Source: an uncultured bacterium (GTDB taxonomy: Bacteria > Lernaellota > Lernaellaia > Lernaellales > Lernaellaceae). From it: a stretch of 36,055 nt of DNA. The stretch lies in contig CAZHPN010000046.1 of assembly GCA_964534375.1 (NCBI GenBank), forward strand, positions 1-36,055, given 5' to 3'. The notes beneath the pieces are model-generated. The model ran no database searches, had not been told where the DNA came from, and saw only the letters and a list, made by a program, of their open reading frames with translations. Below, in pieces: positions 26,874 to 34,552 of the stretch. Numbering within the stretch: the first letter of the stretch is position 1; the number at the start of each line of letters is the position of its first letter. The position numbers and the translations under genes were made by a program.

Positions 26874-27716
26874 TCAGCCGCCGTAAATCTTCGTCAGTTC
26901 GCTGTCCTCGATGCCGAACGAATGCTCCGGCCCCGGGTATTTCCGCGCCTTCACCTCGTCGATGTACTGCTGCACCGCGAGCCGAATCGCCGGCCCCAAT
27001 TGCGCGAATTTCTTCAAAAACTTCGGCGAGAAGCTCTCGTTGAAGCCGAGCATGTCGTGGAGCACAAGCACCTGGCCGTCGCAATGCGGCCCCGCGCCGA
27101 TGCCGATCACCGGAATGTCGATTGCCGCCGCGACCTTCGCCGCCACACGGTCGGGCACGAGTTCCAGCACCAGCATCCACGCGCCGGCCGTCGCGATCTC
27201 GCGCGCCTCGTCGAGGATTTTCTGCGCCGAATCGGCCGTGCGGCCCTGGACGCGATGGCCGCCGACCATGTCCGCCGTCTGCGGCAGCAGGCCGAGGTGG
27301 CCGACCACCGGCACGCCGGCCTCGACCAGCGCGCGGATGACGCCGATCATCTTGCCGCCGCCTTCGAGCTTGACCGCGTCGCAACCGCCTTCTTTCAAGA
27401 ACCGCACGCCGTTGGCGATCGCCTGCTCGGGCGAAATGTTGTAACTGCCGAACGGCATGTCGCCGATCAGCATCGCGTGACGTACGCCGCGCCGCACCGC
27501 CCGGACGAGCACGAGCATCTCGTCCATCGTCACGGGCACGGTGTCGTCGTAGCCGAGCACGACGTTCGCGGCGCTGTCGCCGACGAGAATCGTGTCGACG
27601 CCGGTCTCGTCGAGCAGCCGCGCCATGGGGAAGTCGTAGCAGGTGAGCATGGTGATCGGCTCGCCCGCGGCCTTCTTCTTGCGCAACGCCAGAAGGTCGA
27701 ATTTTTTTTGCGCCAT
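26874..27716 (-). CDS. panB: 3-methyl-2-oxobutanoate hydroxymethyltransferase
   Basis: MLTCYD, ILVGDS, DMPFGSY, VKLEGG, GHLGLLPQ, IGIGAG..CDGQVLV.HDMLG. Confidence 0.97.
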   Translation of the reverse strand: MAQKKFDLLALRKKKAAGEPITMLTCYDFPMARLLDETGVDTILVGDSAANVVLGYDDTVPVTMDEMLVLVRAVRRGVRHAMLIGDMPFGSYNISPEQAIANGVRFLKEGGCDAVKLEGGGKMIGVIRALVEAGVPVVGHLGLLPQTADMVGGHRVQGRTADSAQKILDEAREIATAGAWMLVLELVPDRVAAKVAAAIDIPVIGIGAGPHCDGQVLVLHDMLGFNESFSPKFLKKFAQLGPAIRLAVQQYIDEVKARKYPGPEHSFGIEDSELTKIYGG

Positions 27717-27859
27717 CGGTTCGCCTCGCAACGCCCGTGGAAGGCGACGCCGACCCGCCGGGCCGCGGCCCGCCGGGCGTTCCGGACGCCGGCTTCTGGT
27801 TTGGTTGGGACCCGCAATCGCAGAGCCGACTTTAACCGGAAACATTTCGGCAACGCAAG

Positions 27860-28666
27860 TCAGTCGCCGGCGGCCGGGTCCCGTTTGTTCTTTTCGAGCG
27901 ATGCGTAGGCGTTGTGATTGTGAATGGATTCGAAGTTCTCGGCCTCGATGCTGTACCAGGTGATGTCCGGATGCGCGTCGAGGCGCTGGGCGATGTTGCG
28001 CACCACGTCTTCGACGAACACGGGGTTGGCGTAGGCGCGCTCGGTGACGAACTTTTCGTCCTCGCGCTTGAGCAGCGAGTAGACGGCGCTCGACGCCGAT
28101 TGCTCGGCGATGTCGACAATCTCTTCGATCCAGACCATGCCGCGGAAGCGGAAACCGATGGTCGCCACACCGCGCTGGTTGTGCGCGCCAACGTCGCTGA
28201 TTTCCTTGGAGCAGGGGCAGAGCGTCGACACCGGCGTCGTCACGTAGATGACCATATCCTGCCGCTCGTGCTGCAGCGAGCCGACAATCCGGCAGCGGTA
28301 TTCCATCAGCCCGCGCGCTTTGGAAACGGGCGCTTCCTTCTCGACGAAATAGGGAAACTCGACTTCGACGTGCGCCGATTCCGCTTCGAGCCTCTCGCGA
28401 ATCGCCTGGAGCATTTCGAACAGGCCGTCGACTGATATCTCGCCGCGCCGGTCGTTGAGCACCTCGACGAAGCGGCTCATGTGCGCGCCCTTGAAGCCGT
28501 GCGGCAGGTTCACGTACATGTTGAACGAGCCGACCGTATGCTGTTCTCCCTTCGCCCGGTCGAGCAGCCGGATCGGGTAGCGGATGTCCTTTACGCCCAC
28601 TTTATCAATGGGGATATTGCGGTCGTCGGGCCGGTTTGCGACGTCGGGCAGGTCGTTCTTGTTCAT
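27860..28666 (-). CDS. folE2: GTP cyclohydrolase IB (FolE2)
   Basis: IDKVGVK, KGAHMSRF, LCPCSKEIS..GAHNQR, LKREDEK.VTE.AY.NP.FVED, ENFESIHNHNA; ATGA overlap with folD. Confidence 0.96.
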   Translation of the reverse strand: MNKNDLPDVANRPDDRNIPIDKVGVKDIRYPIRLLDRAKGEQHTVGSFNMYVNLPHGFKGAHMSRFVEVLNDRRGEISVDGLFEMLQAIRERLEAESAHVEVEFPYFVEKEAPVSKARGLMEYRCRIVGSLQHERQDMVIYVTTPVSTLCPCSKEISDVGAHNQRGVATIGFRFRGMVWIEEIVDIAEQSASSAVYSLLKREDEKFVTERAYANPVFVEDVVRNIAQRLDAHPDITWYSIEAENFESIHNHNAYASLEKNKRDPAAGD

Positions 28667-29553
28667 GCCCCGCCTCGCGCCCGCCGCTCGGCCGCGGCCA
28701 GCGTGTTTTTCATCAGCATCGTGATCGTCATCGGGCCGACGCCGCCGGGCACGGGCGTGATCTTGCCGGCGACGGCGAGGGCGGCTTCGAAATCGACGTC
28801 GCCGACCAGTTTCGCCTTGCCGCTCGCGGTCGTGCCGATGCGGTTGACGCCGACGTCGATGACCGTCGCGCCGGGGCGGATCATGTCGGCGGTGATCGCC
28901 TTGGGGCGGCCGGCGGCGACGATCAAGATCTCGGCGCGGCGGGTGTGCGCCGCGAGGTCGCGCGTTCGGGTGTGGCAGATGGTGACGGTGGCGTCGGCGT
29001 GCGGGGCCTTCTGCGCGAGCAGCACGGCGACCGGCTTGCCGACGAGGTTCGAACGGCCAACCACGACCACGTCGGCGCCGGCGATGGGCGTGCCGGCGCG
29101 CACGAGCATTTCCTGGATGCCGGCCGGCGTGCAAGGCGGGAAAATCGCCTGGCCGAGCAGCAACCGGCCGTGGTTGATCGGGTGGACGCCGTCGACATCT
29201 TTGTCCGGGTCGATGGCGCAGATCACCTCGCGCTCGTCGAGCGGCTTGGGCAAGGGCAACTGGACGAGAATGCCATGTACCGCGTCGTCAGCATTGAACG
29301 CGCGTACGAGCGCAATCAGTTCGGCTTGCGGTACGTCCGCCGGCAGGTGGCGCTGGAACGAATTCATGCCAAGTTCGACGCAGGTGCGGTTTTTGCCGGC
29401 GACATACGAAACCGAACCGGGGTCGTCGCCAACCAGGATCGTCGCCAATCCGGGGGCGAAGCCGCGTGCGGCCTTGAAGCGGGCGATTGCCGCGGCCAGT
29501 TCGGCGCGGATGGCGGCCGCGATTTCCTTGCCGCTAATGATCTGGGCGGTCAT
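28663..29553 (-). CDS. folD: Methylene-THF dehydrogenase / methenyl-THF cyclohydrolase
   Basis: YVAGK, GILVQLPLP, KDVDG, PCTP, GRSNLVGKP, IDVG.N, TPVPGGVGPMT; GGAGG RBS. Confidence 0.97.
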   Translation of the reverse strand: MTAQIISGKEIAAAIRAELAAAIARFKAARGFAPGLATILVGDDPGSVSYVAGKNRTCVELGMNSFQRHLPADVPQAELIALVRAFNADDAVHGILVQLPLPKPLDEREVICAIDPDKDVDGVHPINHGRLLLGQAIFPPCTPAGIQEMLVRAGTPIAGADVVVVGRSNLVGKPVAVLLAQKAPHADATVTICHTRTRDLAAHTRRAEILIVAAGRPKAITADMIRPGATVIDVGVNRIGTTASGKAKLVGDVDFEAALAVAGKITPVPGGVGPMTITMLMKNTLAAAERRARGGA

Positions 29554-29788
29554 AACCTGCCTCCTGGTTCGGACTAACGGCGATCGAGCGAGGCTGCCGT
29601 ATACCACGAAAAATCGCGTGGCTCAAAGGCGGCCGGAAGCTTTTTCCGCGGTTTTCGGCCGCGCAACCTTGCAAACGCCCCGAAAAGATTTATTTAATAG
29701 ATGAAAGTCATTGAAAAAATCCCGGAACGTGTGCTTCCGAGCAAGAATTAGCCGCTGGGCGACCATGTTGTAATGAGGAGAAGTGCCA

Positions 29789-30970
29789 ATGCCCGCTAAA
29801 AAGAAGTCCACCCCGGCCAGAGAGCCGGCGACAAAACCGAACGCCGCCGAAGATTTAACCGCCATTGATGACGAGTGCGGTTGTCGCACCCACGACGTGA
29901 TGGTCGTCGGCATCGGGACGATTGGCGAGCCGTTGACGCGGCTGCTGCTCGAACATCGCGACGATCTGGGCATCGGCCACGTGTCGTTCGCCAAGTTCAA
30001 CCCGACCGACCTGGGCGCGGTCAAGTTGCTGAAAGAGGCCGGCGGGCGATTCGTCATCTGGCGCGACACGGAGGCGCACTTCGAACCGGTGTTCAAGCAA
30101 GCCGGCCTGACGGTCGACGGCTACATCGAAGACACCATGAAGACGTCGTGCGTCATCGCCGACTGCACCAACATCGGCAACAAACTGAAGGAAGACTACT
30201 ATTCGCGATCGAGTTACCCGATCGGCTTCCTGGCGCAGGGCAGCGAAGAGGGCTTCGGCCAGCCGTACGCGTTCGGCGTCAACGATTCGACGTTGATGCC
30301 TGGCGAGCAAAAATATCTGCAAGTCGTCTCCTGCAATACGCACAACATCCTGGCCGTGTTGCGTCTGGCGCAAAGCGTCGGCGACGAAATCCTCGACAGC
30401 GATTTCGTGCTGATGCGCCGCATGAACGACATCAGCCAGACCTCCTCGGCCATCGCCTCGCCGAGCGTCGACAAGGTCAAGGCCGAGAAATACCCGGGCT
30501 ACGGCAGCCACCAGGCGTTCGACGCCGCACGCGTCATGCGCACCATGGGCGTCGATCTGCAAGGGCGCATCCACTCGACCGCCCTCAAGCTCGATAACCA
30601 GCTCATGCACCTCAACCGCTTCTACGTCAAAGTGGGCCGCAAGGTCGCGCTGGGCGATGTCGTCGAGGCGATCAAGGCCGACCCGCTGCTGGCGCTGAGC
30701 CAACTGCGCGACATGAACCTCGTCTTCTCGAAGGGCCGCGATCACGGCTTCCACGGACGTATCTTCAATCAGGCCGTTATCATCGCCGATTCGCTTGAAG
30801 TCTCGCCTGACGGCCACGATATCTACGGCGCCTGTTTCACGCCGCAGGACGGCAACAGCCTGCTGAGCAGCGTTGCCGCGATCACGTGGTTCTTCAACCC
30901 GACGAGTTATCGTGAAAAGCTCCAGGTTTTCCACAAATATCTGGATCGCTTCCATACGATCTATGCCTGA
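29789..30970 (+). CDS. Divergent archaeal-type (class II) glyceraldehyde-3-phosphate dehydrogenase-like oxidoreductase, about 393 aa
   Basis: Rossmann GIGTIG, KxxP, IADCT, AQGSE, catalytic-type VVSCNT, RR..D and SHQ..D follow the class II GAPDH motif order; GAGGAG RBS. Confidence 0.75.
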   Translation: MPAKKKSTPAREPATKPNAAEDLTAIDDECGCRTHDVMVVGIGTIGEPLTRLLLEHRDDLGIGHVSFAKFNPTDLGAVKLLKEAGGRFVIWRDTEAHFEPVFKQAGLTVDGYIEDTMKTSCVIADCTNIGNKLKEDYYSRSSYPIGFLAQGSEEGFGQPYAFGVNDSTLMPGEQKYLQVVSCNTHNILAVLRLAQSVGDEILDSDFVLMRRMNDISQTSSAIASPSVDKVKAEKYPGYGSHQAFDAARVMRTMGVDLQGRIHSTALKLDNQLMHLNRFYVKVGRKVALGDVVEAIKADPLLALSQLRDMNLVFSKGRDHGFHGRIFNQAVIIADSLEVSPDGHDIYGACFTPQDGNSLLSSVAAITWFFNPTSYREKLQVFHKYLDRFHTIYA

Positions 30971-31143
30971 CGCTGCCGGCACGCACGCGGTTTCAGCCTG
31001 AAGCGGGCGCCCCTGAGGCATTTCGATAGCTTACATCCGGATTTTCCCGATATGGCTAAAGCTGCGCGATTGGCATGATGCAGTCGGAGAGCCGAGAATG
31101 AAGCCTTGTGAAAGAATTTACCAGAAAGCGTCAGGTGTGCGCC

Positions 31144-31617
31144 ATGAGTGAATTCCCTTGCGACGAATTTCGCCCGGAGACCGCCAGGCTCGATGTGACG
31201 CGGGGCCGGCTTGTGCACCACGACAAACCGGCGATCTTGGTCGTTGACGGCAGCGCGGCGTGGCGGATCAAGATCGCGCAATGTTTGGAAAATATCGGTT
31301 GGCGCGTCTTTCTCGCGCCGGACGGCGGGCGGGGCATCGAGTTGTTCCGCGCGGCGGACGACGCGGTCGCGGCGGCCATTTTGGATTACCACTTGCCCGA
31401 TCTCGACGGCTACCGCGTGCTGTTCGAACTGCGCCGCATCCGCGCCGGCCTGCCGGTGGTGATCTGCGCCAACCACGACGCCAACGAACTGTCGAAACGA
31501 TATCCCGACGAAAGCATCGTGTACTGCCTGCCCAAGCCGTTCACCTGCGATCAACTGGCGACGGCGATTCGCGCGGCCGGCTGCCGGCGGCGGGGCCACG
31601 TCCGGCGCCCGGCGTAA
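31144..31617 (+). CDS. Single-domain response regulator (atypical receiver)
   Basis: ILVVDG, ILDYHLPDLDG, LPKPF; start uncertain. Confidence 0.8.
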   Translation: MSEFPCDEFRPETARLDVTRGRLVHHDKPAILVVDGSAAWRIKIAQCLENIGWRVFLAPDGGRGIELFRAADDAVAAAILDYHLPDLDGYRVLFELRRIRAGLPVVICANHDANELSKRYPDESIVYCLPKPFTCDQLATAIRAAGCRRRGHVRRPA

Positions 31618-31623
31618 AAAATT

Positions 31624-33699
31624 CTATTTCGCGTTTCGATTTTCCACTTCGGCGGCATACGTCGGCGACGGCCGGGGCGCGCCGCCCTTGATTGCGGCGA
31701 TCAGCGCATCGGGCGGGCCGTCTTTTGGCAGGTAGGCGACGGCGCCGGCGGCGGTCATCGCCTTTTCCATTTCCGCGGCCGTGTACATCGACAGGCCGAC
31801 CACGCGGCATTGCGGTTGCTCGGCGGTGATGATCCGCGTGGCCTCGATCCCGTTCATCCGCGGCATAGTGATATCCATGACCATCACGTCGGGGTGCAGC
31901 TTTCGCGCCATCTCCACCGCCTGCAACCCGTCTTGGGCCTGGCCGACGACGGTGATGTCGGGCGTGTCCGCCAGAAGCCGCGCAAAACCCTCGCGGACCA
32001 TGCGGTGATCGTCGACGATGACGGCGCGAATCGTCGACCCGGCCGGCGACGCTGGTTTCGCCACGCTCGTCGCGGGCGCTGGTTCCACGCGCGGTTCCAA
32101 CTGCCGCGGCGCATACAACGTGATGTTTGCGCCTTTGCCCGGCGCCGCGTCGATTTCGACGCTGCCGCCGATTCGCTCCAGTTTTTCGCGCAGGCTGGCA
32201 ATGCCGAAACCGCCGGTCGGTCTCCCGAGGGCCCGCGGCGCGGCCGGATCGAAACCCGCGCCGTGGTCGGTCACAGTAATTCTGAGCAGTTCGTCGCCCG
32301 CTTCCTCCAGCGCCAGTTCCGCCTGGCGGACGCCGGCGTGTTCGGCGACGTTCGACAGCAACTCGCGCGCCGCCTGGAACAGCAACAGCCGCGCGCCGGG
32401 CGACGCTTCGACCCGGTCGTTGATTTGCAGTTCGACCTCCAGCCCGAGCCTGGCCTTCACCCATTGCGCGAGCCAGCGCAGGCTCGCCGGCAGCCCGCCC
32501 TCGAGAATCGGCGGCGAAAGCTCGGCGGTCAGCGAGCGTGAGGCATCGAGCGCCTTGTTCAAATGGTCCTTGATTTTGTCCATCGTCGGCCGATCGTCGG
32601 CGCGCACCGCCTCGATGCTCAGGGTCGCAAAGAGGATTTTGGCGGCGACCAGCAATTGTTGCAGGTTGTCGTGAAGAATTTGCGCCAGGCGCCGGCGCTC
32701 GCGTTCTTCGGCTTGCACCAGTTCGACGGTCATGGCCCGCAGTTGCTCCGCGACGCGCTGGCGTTGGGTCACGTCGCGGGTCGAGGCCTGCAGTTCGACG
32801 ACGGCGCCGCTCTCCGCGTCGCGAATGGCGTGGCTGGTCGTCTCGAGCCAGACGTATTCGCCGTCCTTGCGCCGGTGGCGATAGGTGTCGGTGCGGGCGA
32901 TGGGCGTATCGAGAATGGCGGTGTGCGAATCGGTGATCGCCGGCACATCGTCCGGGTGGAAAAAGTCGTACTCCGATTGCCCGATCAGGTCTTCGGGCTC
33001 GCTCCCGAGCAGGCTGCGGCAGGCGGGCGAGACATATAAGTAGACGCCCTCGGGCGTCAGCCGCGAAATCATGTCCGTGGAACTTTCGGCGAGAAACCGG
33101 AACCGGGCCTCGCTCTGGCGGATCTCGTCTTCGGCGTGTTTGCGTTCGACGTTTTCCTCGAGCAAACGGCGATTGGCGCTGGCCAACTCGGCGGTGCGTT
33201 CAGCGACGCGTTGTTCCAGCGTTTCGTTGAATTGCTGCTGCGTCTCCCGCCAGCGCCGTTTCTCGGTGACATCGTCGAGAAACAGGTATGCGCCGCGGGG
33301 CCGGGCGGCGCCTTCGGCGAACAGCGGCCGGGCGCTCATGTCGATCCAGCGGTATTGGCCGTCGCGCGGATTGAACATGCCGATCGTGACGGTCGGCGTC
33401 GGCCGGCCGGTGCGCAACGCCGCCTCGGACGGCCGATCGAGGAACGGCAATGGCGAGCCGTCCTCGCGGCGCGGCGGATTCTTTTCGTCGTACGACGCGC
33501 CGGCGGCCAACTCCGTCAGACTCCGCCCGAGGATTTCTTCCGCGGCGGGATTGAGCGAAACGACCTTTCCGCCCGCATCGAATTCGACGACGCCCTGCGG
33601 CATGGACTCGAGTAGCAAGCGGCACTTGCGCTCGGAAACCCTCAACTCTTCGTCAACTACGGGCGGCTTCGGCCCGCCGGCGCCTCGCGGTTTTGGCAA
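31624..33699 (-). CDS. Hybrid sensor kinase: PAS-PAS-HisKA_3-HATPase-REC (NarL-type receiver)
   Basis: Two PAS/PAC segments, EERERRRLAQILHD, ELLSNVAEHA, DHGAGF, GFGI, C-terminal VDDH...MDITMPRMNG...YLPK; TTG start with GGAGG RBS. Confidence 0.9.
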   Translation of the reverse strand: MPKPRGAGGPKPPVVDEELRVSERKCRLLLESMPQGVVEFDAGGKVVSLNPAAEEILGRSLTELAAGASYDEKNPPRREDGSPLPFLDRPSEAALRTGRPTPTVTIGMFNPRDGQYRWIDMSARPLFAEGAARPRGAYLFLDDVTEKRRWRETQQQFNETLEQRVAERTAELASANRRLLEENVERKHAEDEIRQSEARFRFLAESSTDMISRLTPEGVYLYVSPACRSLLGSEPEDLIGQSEYDFFHPDDVPAITDSHTAILDTPIARTDTYRHRRKDGEYVWLETTSHAIRDAESGAVVELQASTRDVTQRQRVAEQLRAMTVELVQAEERERRRLAQILHDNLQQLLVAAKILFATLSIEAVRADDRPTMDKIKDHLNKALDASRSLTAELSPPILEGGLPASLRWLAQWVKARLGLEVELQINDRVEASPGARLLLFQAARELLSNVAEHAGVRQAELALEEAGDELLRITVTDHGAGFDPAAPRALGRPTGGFGIASLREKLERIGGSVEIDAAPGKGANITLYAPRQLEPRVEPAPATSVAKPASPAGSTIRAVIVDDHRMVREGFARLLADTPDITVVGQAQDGLQAVEMARKLHPDVMVMDITMPRMNGIEATRIITAEQPQCRVVGLSMYTAAEMEKAMTAAGAVAYLPKDGPPDALIAAIKGGAPRPSPTYAAEVENRNAK

Positions 33700-33895
33700 T
33701 CAACCTCCGATCGCGCCGCACGGGCGCGTCCTGCCTGCGATTCTTGAAAATAATTTAAGCACGGCCGGCGGCGAGGAAACCGGGGCCGCGGATGACGAAG
33801 CCGCCGATCGACCGGCGCGGCGACCGCCAGTCCCGCCCGCCGGATTTGCCGAGCCGCGAGCGTCGTCTTATCTTGCCGGCATAGGAGGACTCACA

Positions 33896-34369
33896 GTGCA
33901 GACGATTACTCCCTTTCTTTGGTTCGACGGCAAAGCCGAAGAGGCCGCGAAGTTCTATACTTCCATTTTCAAGCGTTCGAAGATCACCTCCGTGTCGCGT
34001 TACGGCGAGGCCGGACCCGGGCCGAAGGGCGCCGCGATGTCCGTCACCTTTCAGCTCGACGGGCGCGAATTCGTGGCGTTGAACGGCGGCCCCCAGTTCA
34101 CGTTCTCGCCGGCCATCTCGTTTTTCGTGAATTGCCGGACGCAGCGGGAAATCGACGACCTGTGGCGGAAGCTGTCGCGCGGCGGCAAGAAGCTGCAATG
34201 CGGCTGGCTCACGGACAAGTTCGGCGTGACGTGGCAAATCGTTCCGGAGATCCTGGGCAAGCTGTTGCAAAGCAAAGACGCCAAGAAATCGGCGAATGTC
34301 ATGAAGGCCATGTTGAAGATGATCAGGCTTGACATCAAGAAATTGAAGAAAGCGTACGAACGCGGATGA
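33896..34369 (+). CDS. VOC / PhnB-like (3-demethylubiquinone-9 3-methyltransferase family) protein
   Basis: ITPFLWFD..AEEAA.FY, LNGGP.F.FSPAISF, CGWL.DKFGV.WQ; AGGAGG RBS before GTG 33896. Confidence 0.92.
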   Translation: MQTITPFLWFDGKAEEAAKFYTSIFKRSKITSVSRYGEAGPGPKGAAMSVTFQLDGREFVALNGGPQFTFSPAISFFVNCRTQREIDDLWRKLSRGGKKLQCGWLTDKFGVTWQIVPEILGKLLQSKDAKKSANVMKAMLKMIRLDIKKLKKAYERG

Positions 34370-34372
34370 GTT

Positions 34373-34416
34373 CCTGGGGCGTTGCCCCAGGCTGGGTTAG
34401 TGCGGGCCGTTGGCCC
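34373..34416. repeat. REP-like double hairpin
   Basis: CCTGGGGC-GTT-GCCCCAGG and GGGCC-GTT-GGCCC, both with GTT loops, 3 nt after the VOC stop. Confidence 0.7.
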
Positions 34417-34552
34417 TGCAGCATGTCCGGAGCCGCGCGGCCGCGAAGTCTGCCGGCGTCTCAACCTTTCAGTCTTCCAGCCTTACAGCCTGTTTCCTTG
34501 CCCGCTCCGTTGCGCTATGATTCATTCGTTGTCTTTTCCACGGAGGCGCGGC

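Noticed and set aside
29554..29788. ZTP/THF riboswitch upstream of folD (or glycine riboswitch upstream of glyA-gcvT)
   Set aside because: No recognisable consensus elements by eye; an Infernal scan would be needed to exclude them fully.
30971..31143. Possible sRNA or terminator after the GAPDH-like gene
   Set aside because: Only short weak palindromes, with no U-tract or recognisable RNA motif.
33071..33895. 275-aa N-terminal extension on the VOC/PhnB ORF
   Set aside because: It is antisense to the kinase gene, and a strong AGGAGG RBS precedes GTG 33896 where family similarity begins.
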